A DNA stretch of 64,000 nucleotides from Raillietiella orientalis (lineage: Eukaryota), in contig JAYWIR010000028.1 of the NCBI GenBank assembly GCA_036172245.1, positions 2,356,001-2,420,000 of the forward strand. Reading direction: 5' to 3'. Under the pieces are notes generated by a model. That model saw nothing but the letters and a program-made list of their open reading frames with translations. It was not told the origin of the DNA and ran no database searches. Below, in pieces: positions 26,089-38,300 of this stretch. Position numbers and translations under genes: made by a program. Every line of letters starts with the position of its first letter. Within the stretch, counting starts at the first letter, position 1.

Positions 26089-27508
26089 ACGCCGGGACGT
26101 TTATTATTAAAAATAAACATACATGTATAAACATACATCGGACCTACATTGTCCGAAAATGCTCCGAACCTGCCGAGTAACCGGCACGCAGGCCGGCGAG
26201 GTTCGCCTCGGCAGCAGAGGGAGAGGGTGCAAACAAAAAATAACAAAAAGTATATACAAAAATTGGGAGAGTTAGGGAAAGGGTCATTGGGTGCTGAAGG
26301 GCGTCCTCTGCATCCTTTCCAGGATGCCAGCAAGTTCCTTCTGAGTATGTCCCAGGTGGGGCGATCTAGCTGCCGTCCTCATGAAGCTCAGGGCGAAGCA
26401 GATGGCATCCCTATCGCGCCTTCCTCCTCTCGCGTAGCCCCAAGCCACCACAATCCTTCATAGGCAGCAAGCAGCTGCTAGGAATGCTGCAGGCGAGCCA
26501 AGAGGCTCTTCGTCACGTCCCTGGGATCGTCTGTCAGTGCATCAAGGGTCATTGCGTAACGCAACCCCAGGGACCGAAGGGCAACACAGTCTACAAGCAG
26601 GTGCGGGAGCTCGGATCCCCTTTGCCCGCTCCTGCCACTTTCGGGATCCGCAGATCCCCGGGTCCACTGGGAGCAATGAAAGTTGCATGGTAAGCCCCAC
26701 TGCAACAGCAGAAGTGCCGACTCCTGCCGCTTCAGCGGGAGGATCTGGCTGTTCTTCAGCGCTGGAGGCCATTCGAGGTCTTCCTATAGGATTCTCAACA
26801 GCTCAGCCCAGCGCAATAGTCCCTTCGGTAGGGCAACTGGAGTCTCAGCGTCCCTGAGCTGGCCCTTGGTCCAGTCACCTAGTTCCTGCTCTCGATCCGA
26901 GATTTCACAACGGACTTCTCATTTGGCCGGCTGGATGCTGCCCGGGTGCTCCCTGAGAGAGGGAAGTGCCCTGGTTAGGGAGGTTCTTTGCGCCCACGCA
27001 CACTTGGTGGACTGCACGATGATGTCCTGCAGAGAACGGCTGTTGTAGAAGGAGTGCAGCAGTCGCTGCCGCATCTCCGGGCTCGCTTCGTTGTTCTGGG
27101 CCCATGTTCGAACGGTTTACTGCAGCCAGGCACTACCTTTCGTGGGCAGGCAGAAGCTCCAGCTGTTGGTTTTGTCAGCTTGTCCACTTGCCGGATTTCC
27201 AGTCCGCAGCTGGACACGTTGAGTCTGCGCCACCGTACTACGAACGAAGACAGTCCCGCATAGCCTGTGGTGCGCTTGACTAGGTATCATGCGAGCTCGC
27301 ACGAGTTTGTGCTCCAAAAATTCGCCCCTAGGGCAAGAGTCCTCCACTGGACCTGCCGCTTGCACAAGGTCAGGAGACCGAGGGCTCCGTTGCGTCGCGA
27401 AGCGCACAAATCCTTCAGGCAGACTCGGGGTGTCCCTGTACCCCACAGGGAGATTCTCAGGAGGTAATTAGTCTGCCTTTTAATGCTACTCGGTGTTACC
27501 ACCCGGAT
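26089..27508 (-). mobile_element. Tx1/L1-like LINE, copy B (5'-truncated, head-to-tail behind copy A)
   Basis: Begins in RT-thumb-like LWGTGTPRVCLKDLCASRRNGALGL; LQWGLPCN...HLLVDC homologous to copy A; 3' UTR closely similar to copy C. Confidence 0.85.
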
Positions 27509-30180
27509 ACGCCGGGACGTTTATTCCAAGTCTTCACAAAGTCATTACAAAACGTGGTACAAGGCCCCACTAACGGCCATCGCAACGCCAGACCTGCCAG
27601 GAGGCTAGGACGCAGACTAGCATGACTCTCCCCGGCAGTGGGAGGGGATGGAGGAAAAACAAAAAGAAAAATAAAACAATAAGAAAAAAAGATAGAATTT
27701 GAAGGGTCGAGAAGAGATCACTGTCCACTGGAAGGAGGGTCCATTCTTTGCAGAATGCCCTCGAGGTCCTTTTGTATGTGTCCCAGTTGGGGCCATCCAG
27801 TTTCTCTCACCAGGAAGAGAACAGCATACGGGATGAGGTCCCTCTCATTTTAGTCTTCATCCTCGGCTTTACTCCAAGCCGCCACAATCCTACGGATGCA
27901 GCAAAGTGCTGCCAGTGCTGCGGCTGGCTGAAGGGCGTCCCACACGAACAGAACCCGGAAAACGTCTCTGGGGGTGCTGCCAACCGGGATTCTCAGGGAA
28001 GTTCCAAGACGTCCCCAAAGGGGCCGAAGGGCAGCACAGTCAACTAACAGGTGGAGGAGGGATTCCAGCCCCCTCACAGTTCGGCGATGCCCTTCCCCTC
28101 GTCCAGTGGAAGCGGCGTGCGTTGCAGGGTAGACCCCAATGCAACAGCAGAAGCGTCGATTGCTGTCGCTTGAATGGAAGCAGCTTTCTGTTCATGAACA
28201 CGGGGGGCACTTCCAATTCTTCGGGCTGAATGGGGAAGAGTTCACCCCAACGTTCCAGTCCTTTGGAGACGGTTCTTGCTGTTTCCGCGTCAGCCAGCTC
28301 AAGCGGAGTGCAGCCATCGATAGGCTTCCTGCAAGCCGCGATCTCACAGGAAACCTCCCACTTCGCCTGTTGGCAGGTGTCATGTACCTCGACAGCGGAG
28401 GACACCGCTGCGGCGAAGGGGGTGCCTGGTGGGCAGGCCAACATAGTCAGCTCACTACCCACCGTCTTCGGTGTTCTTCCGGTATTCTTCTGAAACTCTC
28501 GGCAGCGGGTAACTTCCGACGGGATTCCTAAACGGACCCAGTCCGACTGCCCAGCTCACGTCGCGCTGACCGGGAACACGCTTGACTTTGCTCTGTTCAC
28601 CTCCATGCCCGCTCCCCTGCTTAGCAGCTCAAAAAATTCCTCAAGTGCGCCTGCAGGGGCGGACATGAGGAACAGCAGCAAGAGGTCATCTGCATAGGCC
28701 AACACGGCTGGCATACCGGGGCACTAGCTCGGCAGGGAAGCCAAATTATCCCTGTACGCCCTCAGCACCAACTCGAGGTAGGTGCTGATGAGTAAGGGAC
28801 TCAGAATGTCTCCCTGTCTCACGCCGCGCTGCACCGGAATGCCTCACATGTGCCGGTCGCTGAAAAAACATTTATCAACGCGGAGCGCCAGCTGGAGCAC
28901 AGATAGGCCATCCCAGGGTCGGGCATCTCAGGCGTTCCAGAAGCTCCAGGAGGAGCTCCTGGTCAACGCAGTCGAACGCCTTGCTCAAATCGACCGCGAT
29001 CGCAAGTGCTCCCGACGCATCCCTCGGCATAGGGCCTCCCTGTCTCTGGCTCTTGGGGAATCGAGGATTCCCCCGGCCTGCTGCATCATCCCGCTGTAGC
29101 AACGCGAGCCAGGTCTGCGCGAGGAACAGGTTGGCTTCCATCGATCGTCCGGGAACAGCATACGTCTGCTCCGGACTTATGACCGTTTCGGCTACCCGTC
29201 CGATTCTCTCGGACCACAGCTTCGCCAGCAAATTGGCGTCTGTATTTAGAATAGTAATCGGCCGCCAGTTGCCGATGTTGCGTAGTTCTCCTCCCTTCGG
29301 GAGGAGCCTTACTTTAGCGGATCGGAACGAGTCGGAAACCTCGCCCGTTTCCAGAGTCAGCAGTTCCAACTTCTGCACCAGGGGCGCGAGCTCTGCCGCA
29401 AAGCTTTGACAAAACTCTGTGGGCAGGGCGTCCTCCCATGGCACTTTCCTTTTCCGGAGCTTTCCGATGGCGCTAATGATTTCGCCAATCGAGAAAGACT
29501 CCGCGAGCCGCTTCCGCTCCTCTTCCCCTATCGCTGGGGCGCCTTCTGGCAGTAGGCGCTGCGAGAAGTCTCTCTCCAGTGTTGCCTTTGCGTAAAGAGA
29601 GGAGTAATAGTTGCGCACGATGCGCTTTACCTGCGGTGAGGCCGAGCATTCCTGGTGTTTTCGTCCAGGAAGGTGGCCGAGCCGGACTGCCAGGCCTGGC
29701 GCTCGGCCGCGCCTGTAAGAACGTTCGCTCCGTATGCCCACCCCGAAGCCGGCGGGGAGGCAGTCCACCGGGAATCTTTCGCAGAACTTTCGGATTGAGT
29801 GTTTGACAGCTTCCCAGTCCTCGAGTCTCTGTCCTGCTTCTCCTCGCAGGAAGCTGCAGAGGTGCTCCACAGCCTCGGGAAGACGCATCCAGTCTCCTGG
29901 TATATGCCACATGGAGGATGAGGGAACGCTGTGATCGCAACAGTCTGTTGCATCCGCGACACAGTGACAGCCCACTATGTGTTAGAGTCAGGTTCTCGGC
30001 GAAGAGAGCACACCAGCATGGCAGCAGCCCTCATGAGGACAGCCCATTCAGCATGGCAGCAAGGTGACCTCATCTGCCAGAAGTCGCCAGGGAGATCGCC
30101 GCCGTCCAGCGCCGCTTCTAGAAAGGAAGGAAGGTCTTTAATCGAAGACCCTTGTGACACCCTCTCGTCTTTTTTCATTT
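27509..30180 (-). mobile_element. Tx1/L1-like non-LTR retrotransposon, copy A (degenerate ORF2, internal deletions)
   Basis: LLPKGGELRNIGNWRPITILNTD, ISPEQTYAVPGRS, DLSKAFDCVD, GVRQGDILSPLL, YADD (28685-28696), C-terminal LLHWGLPCN...LLVDC. In-frame stops and frameshifts; 3' UTR ends AATAAA. Confidence 0.9.
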
Positions 30181-33100
30181 ATTTATTGTCTCCTTCTTCC
30201 GTTCCCAGCTTTTTGGAAGCGGGCCTGCAATGAAAGCGCATCGGAGAAACCGGGTAAACACCTTATGCAATTATTGATTTCAACTCTTTATGACTTTAGA
30301 TGTATTTTCGTCCTTGAAAGCTAAGGAGGGTGAGATCTCAAAGTGTCATCTACAAATCACACGGTCCTATGGACACAATAAGTACACATACGGTTAGTTC
30401 CATCCCTTCAAAATTTCGTCGAGTTTCTTTGATGAGTAGCCTTGGAGGATTTAATACACGAAACGGCTATGAAGGCGCTTTGGTGCCTGCACGGTATCAG
30501 AACTTTTGTCAATTTCCTCATTTTTGCGGGTCGCCTCGATTCCTCCAGCGTTTAAACGGAAGTTTCCTCATCTCGCGGAGTCACTCCGTCATTGTCTGAA
30601 GACCGACGCTGCTTCAGTATCAGTCTTCTCTTAATAACGTGATCAGCAATTGAATTTTATTGTCTCCTAAAGCGCTGACTAACAAACACTGTTTTGCCAT
30701 GATCTATGGAAATCCACAATGAGCATTACAGGATCCAAGAGATTGTTTTCCTGAAGAAAGGAAGCCATGCATGCGTGCGGCACTTTGCATAACCCGTCCA
30801 TTCCAAGAAAAAATCCTTTTCTATGGGGGTTGCTAGGAGCAGCCATGATGGAATGAAAATTGCTCCGTAGTAGGAATCATCCTCAGTGCAACCCATTTGT
30901 AGTAATTTCGGGATTGAAGAAGAATGCATGAGTTTTGTGGTAATTTCAAATGAATATGCAGATGAGAGAAGATGCGCGCAGGTTTCGTTTAACCCGAGCT
31001 CCAATCAGAAACGCTCCTTCAGACTAAGTTTTGTCCACAGTAAAGAAAACCACAGAAAAATTATTTTTTTCTAACTTGTATTTTAAATCATGCTTTGCAA
31101 AAGAAATTTCGAACCGATTCCCTCCCTCACTTTATGAGGACTCCCAGATTCACTTTACATGGATCTGAAATTCAGTCTTACGTCTATCAGTCTTGCCCCG
31201 GAAGCTGTGGTGGATTTCCGGTCGAACTCTGCCGGACGCGCTCTCATGACGGCTTCAGATCGTTTGAAGCTGTTTGGTTTCCTTTCAAAGGGCGGTCACG
31301 TTGGCCTTCTCTCATGATTGGCACTTACAACGAAATGCTGATGATGCCTTCTGGTCCGCAAGAATTCGTTCGCGTGAAGAAGGCGACCGACCATTTCCGA
31401 CCACATGTTGTGGGATGATTCGCGACCGAGGTTTCCGTCACAAGAAATTTTCATACTCAAGTGCGGCTTTTTTAGCATGTTGTCCAAGTTCTTCTGAAGC
31501 TTATCATGGCTCCCTGTGAAGCCACATCCTCTTCGTCCAAGTCTCTTCAAGATGCGAAGAAATACCCTGGGTGTTCTTGAACCGTGCTTCCATCGAGCTG
31601 CAGCTTTGATGACAGTACTCTTTGGCTTCTGAGTGAGTTTTCTGACCTAGGCATTTTTTTTTTTGGATGCTAAATAGCCTTTTTCTTTTAAAACTACAGG
31701 TCTTCATGTGTTCACGCATTTGGTTCTTGTGCTCACGGAATAGCACCCTCTTGGTTTTCCATCAGATGTCGGCACCATCTCAGCACGTGCAAGTTTTCAC
31801 TTTCGAATTTTGAGACTCCCGACCTCAGCCAACCTTTCGAAAACTGCAAAAGGAGTGAGTGAACCTCCCTCCAAAAGAGGGTAGGTTCCCAAACCTGTCA
31901 TTCATTGAGATCGATCGCACAGTAGAGCCTGTGAAGAGCCGAAGAATCCGTCTATGTACCAATTCGTTCCCTTCGTCTGTAGTATCACACCCTATTCTAG
32001 ACTCTAGATTTTATATAGAACGATAGCTTTCGCCTCCGATGATGAGGGGTTGCCCCTTATCATGGGAGGTTTTTGGAACGGAACTGAGTGTTTTGGAATG
32101 CTGTGAGTTTTTTTTAAATTCCTGATGACTTAGCAGGGACTATTACAGCCAATGCAGTGTCCCCTGTCTTCGTGATCCTTTCCCCTTTTAAGAAGAAAGA
32201 CGATCGAAATCATCACGGATGAGGCTCTCGCTCTTACAACCCCTTCGCCAGTGTGCTCCATCCCCACAACCGGAATGGAGTCCGGCTCCTTGATTTTTAG
32301 AAGGATCCCGTAGGATGAACTTTGACTTCCAATCCAGGCTAGTCTGTGGGGGTACCTGGCTTCCACCAGTGCCTCACCTGAATCCTACAGAACTACCAGA
32401 GTCATCCTGCAGGGGGAGGGGGACTCTACACTCTTGACGTACCCATCTCTCGGCGTCGGTCCCCTACGTGGGGATTCGATTCCGCGTCGCTTGGCTACGT
32501 GCGCGGAGACCGCAGCAACAGGATCTCCAACGCGGGCTCCATTGTGCTCGGCACACGGCTCTGTTCCCTGAACAGATCTTGGAAGGAATTTCTTTCTGCA
32601 CACGGGGAAGATAATTTGATTTGCAAGAGAAGTTGTGTACTCGACGACGCGGTACTCATGAAAACACTGAATCACCTGGAAAATTTCACTCAGAGTCTCC
32701 CGGCAAGTAAATCACTCCCATACTATTAAACGTGAAGCCAGGAAAGGGGCATGGAAAATACGGGTTAATTGCAAGTGTCGTCGTGCGCCTCGCTGCTTCG
32801 AAATGCTTCCTCCGACTAGCGCGAACCGGAGGCAGACCGGAGGCGGGAGGATGTATTATGCAAAGCTCCTCGCAACCCTCGGAAGCTCCTGGCAGCCTAC
32901 AAATGGCTTCGTCCCCTATCCATATAATTGGCGAATCGAAAATGCACCTTCGAAAACCTCGTTTCAATCAGTTTTAGCGTAAGGAAGGAAACTACCAGCG
33001 TTGCCAAGGTCCTCCATTGGAACAGGAAACGGATTTTCTTGGGAGTCCTCGAGGGCTTTTATTTCCACCCTCAGCCGTATCTGGTCCATCATCGAATGGA

Positions 33101-33894
33101 AATCCTAATTGTTCTTCGAAGCGCTGAATTACTGTTCCATGTGCTCCTTCCCTCCCTTCTCTTTTTCTCTTTTCTCTTTTGGGCTTAGCATCGATGCACT
33201 AAAGTCACGTAAAGCATCGATTTCTCTTATTGATCTTTTCCTCTCGCACTTCGTTTCTGCTGGTGCTGAATTCATGATCACTTCTTCGATGTTAGCATTT
33301 TTGGAAAGTCTTCAGTGGCTTAGCATCGAGGGACTGCATCGTGCAAAAGATCTCGCTTCCCAGCTGAAGGACTGGTCTTACGCAAGAAGAGAAAAGTGCC
33401 ACTTTCGAATGCAAAAAAAAAAAAACAAAACAAAACAGGGTAAGGTTCTGGAGTGGCGTGCGTTGTGAGAGATCTCAGCCAGGAAGATACTGGTTTTCTG
33501 AAGACGAGGTTTCAGTCGGACTCGAGAGGGAAAATATGAAGCGTTCCCTCCGTCTTTCGGAACATCCAGAAACCTTCCGATGCCCTTAGAGCACAGAATT
33601 GAAGGAGAGAGCTCTTTAAAGAGTGATGGAACGTGAGAGAACCTACTTGGTGGACACCTCGACTTCGCATTCGCGGGTGACTCTTGTCGAAATCCTTCCG
33701 TAGCTTCAGAGCAGAGCAAGATGGTTGGCTGCTCGTCTTCACTGGGTCCTCGGTAGCCAGCGCGTCTGGTGGAGGAAGTCTTCTGGCTTCTCTGTGCTTC
33801 TCTTTTCTCCCGAAAGAGATCCCGTCAATCCTGCGGGCCTATCCCGAGAGCACGGCTCCCACTGACCTGTCCATGTCGCAGATGTCCGGTCGAG

Positions 33895-34629
33895 CATCAC
33901 CTCGAGTGACGTGGAACTTTTCAAGGTGAGGAGTACTCAAAAAGGAGACTACCCTGTGAATCCAGAAAGGGCTCCGGAGAAAGGTGTCCGTTCCTGTCGC
34001 TTCTGGGAGGGATTTCCCGAGGAAACCTTCTACCTTGGTTGTCTCCGAAGGGAACCTCTTCCTTATTCTCTCCGGCGGGAGCCCCAGAGGTTGCTGCTCC
34101 TTGTTCTTTTCCGAAAAGAATTGGAGAGTATTCGCTCCTGGAATTTCCTCTCCGGAGGCAAATCGCAAGGAAACCACTGTTGGTTTCCTTTTCTGAAGAG
34201 GATCCCGAAAGGACGCTTCCGAATTTTCTCTGAAGGGCGCTCCCCGAAGGGGGAAGAATGCTTCTTGCACTCTGGAGAGGCATCATTAATCCACCACTCC
34301 ATGGTACGAGATGGAGATTCCTCCTCAGAGAGTAAGGGATGGCTCGTTTGCAAAACTGGAAGGGAACTTCGGAGGGAACTGGACACCTTGATTCTGTTTC
34401 CTGGAAGGACCCCGGAGGGTCGACTCCCAATCCCGGCTACTCATCAGGGGGTGGGATCCGGCTTTTTAGTTACCAGTGCCGCACCCGAATAGAGGTCAAC
34501 CAGAATCATCTTGCAGGAGGAACTTGAACCCACGACAAACCTATTTCTCGGCATCGATTCTTTCAGCAAAACCGAACCCGCAACGCTTGGTGCTACGCGA
34601 AGAGGCCGCAGCCAATGGCCTCCGACGCG
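33895..34629 (-). mobile_element. tRNA-headed SINE-like element, copy 2
   Basis: Reverse complement aligns with the other copies (accaagcgttgcgggttcg, ttccaggaaacagaatcaag, ctttctggattcacagggt). Confidence 0.75.
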
Positions 34630-34957
34630 GGCTTGTCCTGTCGCAAGCGGTCAATGCCCGGCAGGATGAGACGCGGTGGCAGTTCGGGCTCCGTATCCTT
34701 GCTTTCTGATGATCCCACCCGCACCGCCGAGGTGCCATTCCGCTTGAAGGATGTGGAAGCCAAAGGGCAGGCGCACCTTCACTCCGCGTGATCGCGAAGG
34801 CCCACGAGCGGCCGCGAAATGCAGGAAAAAAAGGGGGGGAGGATGGCGGATGAATCCAGGAGAGCAGCCGGGCAGAATCGATAGAGGAAGAAGCAGCAGC
34901 CCAGCGTGAGCGGGGTCCCTGATTAGGCATTGACAGAACGACGGACGGTCATCAGTT

Positions 34958-35030
34958 TTTATTACGAACGGGGAGATCGACGTTTCGTAATCAGAAATTA
35001 TGCAAAAATAATAATCATAAATAAATAAAT
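34958..35030 (-). promoter_or_regulatory. slo 3' UTR: AU-rich element and candidate polyadenylation signal
   Basis: Minus-strand ATTTATTTATTTAT at 35017-35030 and AATAAA at 34958-34963. Confidence 0.45.
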
Positions 35031-35050
35031 TCTTATTCTTCTGAGGAATG

Positions 35051-35372
35051 TTAGCACAGATGCGCAGAATTCTTGCAAGATTTGTACTCCATCCCTGGAT
35101 CGAACTGCACCAGGACAAACACCTGATCCGTGGGGAGGAGGGTGAAATCGTCGGGGGGGTTCGTGATGACGTAGCGCTTGGAAGAGGCCTCCGTGGAAGA
35201 GCTCGTGTCCCGGAACCGGAAGAGACCGATGCAGAGCATCCCGTAGGCGTTGAGGGCCATGACGAACAGGTCTCCGTACTTGCCTCCCTCTCCGAATTGC
35301 GCCAGGGGGCCGTCGTACAGGGACAGCTGGCTCACGCGACAGCGGTCCCTCCGCTTGAGAGTGTCAGCGGAG
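35051..35372 (-). CDS. slo: slo last coding exon (322 nt incl. TAA)
   Basis: ccag|[27 protein letters not shown]...[42 protein letters not shown]. Confidence 0.95.
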
Positions 35373-38300
35373 CTGGAAAGGATGGGAGCGTGCGGACTCT
35401 GAGTCCGATCCCTCTCCCTCCCCTTTTCCCCTCCTGTCGGCCTCCCGCTCACCTGTAACCTCCACGTAGGCCGGCACCTTCCGCCAGGATGAGCTCCAGC
35501 TCGGGAGTGGCACCTCCGGTTATCAGCGAACGGATAAGCGTAAGAGCGTTTTGGTTGAAGTACGTCTGGAATAAGTTGCCCGTGGGAACTCGCGCGTGTG
35601 CGTCCATACCGTGGACATGAGGGAATCGAGGACGCTGACTGCGAACGCGGTCCCGCAGGCAAAAGGCTGTGTGAGGTAGAGTTCCGTGTCCGGGTCGTCG
35701 TCGTCGTCCTGGTCCAGGAACTGCACGTTGGAATCGTTGACGAGCTCTGAGAGTCCGGCATGTGTCTCGCCCTCCGCTGATCCCCTTGGCTCCCCCTCAC
35801 CGGTTATCATAGGGACATTGGAGCCAAACACCGTTCCTCTCCTCAGGAGGACGATGGGTGTCTTCAGCCGGCTCGACACCCGCGACTGCGCCAGCTCTCC
35901 AATTGTGTCGTCGAAGGTCATCGCCTTGATGTTCAGGGAAGCCAAAATGGCCTCCTTGTCGGCCAGAGTAGGATCGTCGTTGCTGGGGATCTTTGCCGAA
36001 AGGATGCAGCACATGTCGCAGAGGTTGACGTTGACGGCGCGCAGGTCGGCGCGGCTGAGAGGAGATCCCTGTGGGGGAGGGAGAGAGCGGAGGTCTCTTT
36101 TCGTCTCCATGGAACCTCCCCGGACGCCTTACGTTCAGGATGGAAATCTTCGGGAGATTCTGGAGCATTTTCCACTCCCGGCGTATGTACTCCACCGATC
36201 CGACTATCACCACGTGCTTCAGCTCGTGGTAGTGGAAGTTGGAAGCTCTGAGTGGCATCACCAGGTTGCGGATGCCGATGAGCGGCGAGTCTGGATCGGC
36301 AAACAGGCAGACTACGACGTGTCCGTTCAGGACCGTCATCGCCGCCTGGTTCCGGTCCAATATGCAGTCCTCCATCGGCCTGGCGGGGCACCAATGGAAC
36401 ATGCCCGTGGAGTCATACTTCATCTCCGCGTGCTCAAAGTCCAAGTCTTTCGCCTGGTCGTCCGCGAAACCCAGCTGGATGCCTCCCAAGTTGCCTATGA
36501 CGCCATTGCCAACCAGACGACTCGTGGGCCTTGTGAAAAAAAACCCGCGTTTTGCCAGGCGACATCCTTTCGGCGACTTACATAAGCTTCTTGATCTCAT
36601 AAGAGAGGTGGTACCGGTGAAAGTTGCGATCTCCCTGTGACCTGGAAAATAGCACTTCCTCAGGTTTTTGCTTTGGTCTCTTCCGCGGTCGAGGAAGGAG
36701 GGAGCACACGGCTCTGGCATCCTAGCCGGCACTCGCGAGGACCACCATCCGCTGTCCGGAGAAGTGGGAGCAACGCCAGTCCACGTGGTGTTCTCTTGAG
36801 ATCAGCCCGCGAGTGGCGCGTCAGGTAGTTGCGAGGCATCCGCGTTCGTGCAGATGACAGCCACGAGACTTCCTGACCGCGAGAGGAAAGGCGGAAATCT
36901 GCGGGCGCTTCGGAAGACAAGAGCGAGCAGAGCGTCTGGCTAGAACGTGTATCCGCAAGCCGAGATGACGCTCGCAGCTCAGGAGACGTGGTTTCCGCCA
37001 ACCGGAAGGAGGGCAGTCCGCGGCGTGCCCAGCATCCATCTCTCAGAAGGCCCGCGATCACAATACGAATCTTTTTTCTTGCCCGGAGAACTCCCGGGCA
37101 AGGAAAGACGCTTGTTCAGATGGGAAATTCAGCAGGTCGTCCGATCTGCGGCAGGACTGCTGAGGGAACGGCAGGAGATGAGACTTTGGCCATGTGGGAG
37201 AACTAGAACTGAGGGTACCTACACGGAAGGTAGCCTTCTGTGGGAGGATTGAAAAGCTTTAGTCAAAATTCGCCACAAAAAAAAGGGAACTTGTGGTTAG
37301 CGTAGGGCGGCTCACTGAACTGCCACGGAGAGCAAACAGATCGCGGGTAGAAACACGGAAGCAACGAGGAGAGCATAATGCAAGGAGAGCTCAAAACTCG
37401 CCAGACCGAGGTCAAATCAAACCCATCGCTAGATCGCAAGGGACTCTCCACTCTACCATGGAGATCCCGGTGCCCCAAAGAACTAAAACGCAGCTCCCAG
37501 AACTCAGAAGGCGAATTCCGAGCCTCTTGCACGGAAGCTAAGGCAGAGAGATATGCCCGCTTCATCTGCATGGCATCAGGGGAAATCTGAGGCGAATCAC
37601 AGATGTCTCAGGGAAAACGGAGGAATAATTGCTCGCAGGAATATTTGAAGCGGAAGGCGGCGTTCCAGGATGCATCTCACTGGCCCGGATGTATCTAGTC
37701 TTATTCATTGCGGCAGCTTTGCTAAGGTCATCCAAAGTACACGTACGAGGGCTAAAGACGTCGCTAAGATAGAAGCAAAGAGAGCAATAGCCATGAGAAA
37801 GTGTAAAAATATCCCAAACGGATACATCAGGATCTCTCAAAAGACCGAAAACCTCAGCAGATTTCGACGTTTGTACAGCGCCTAAAGAGGAAACGTTAGA
37901 GGTTGTATGGCTGCTGCCTCCGCTCGTGGTACAGAGCGTCGTGGGTTCGAATCCCACCCGCGGAAGGATAAACGCCGAGAATTGGGTGAGCCTGGGTTCC
38001 CCAATGATGCTGGTTGGCCTGTTAGGGTGCGGCACTGGCGGAAGCCGGCAACCGGATGCCCCCATTGAGTGCTTGGTATTGGAAGTTGATCCTCCAGAGT
38101 CCTTGCAGGAATCAAGGAATCCTTCGGGGTTCCCATCCGTCCCTCCCCTCGGAGGGGGTGACTCGTACCATGGATCTGGTGGATTGATACCTCTCCAGAG
38201 TGTGAAACAGTGCGCTGCTCCCTTCGGAAGTGTCTCTTCGGAGTTCTCTTTGGAGGAGGAAACAGGAAGCAGTTCCCTTGCGGGTTCCTTCCGAAGAAGA

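Noticed and set aside
30300..31800. pogo/Fot1-like transposase relic
   Set aside because: Only one weak motif (ARFKNTQGIS); insufficient without a profile search.
35730..35732. Ser-to-Gly A-to-I recoding site in NDSNV, as I recall for fly slo
   Set aside because: Ser is encoded TCC here, which editing cannot convert to Gly.
35686..36585. 299-aa plus-strand ORF and similar antisense ORFs
   Set aside because: Shadow frames of GC-rich slo exons; no recognisable protein.
37941..37957. Functional tRNA gene
   Set aside because: Only the T-arm is intact; no acceptor stem or T-run terminator, and it is embedded in a dispersed repeat.
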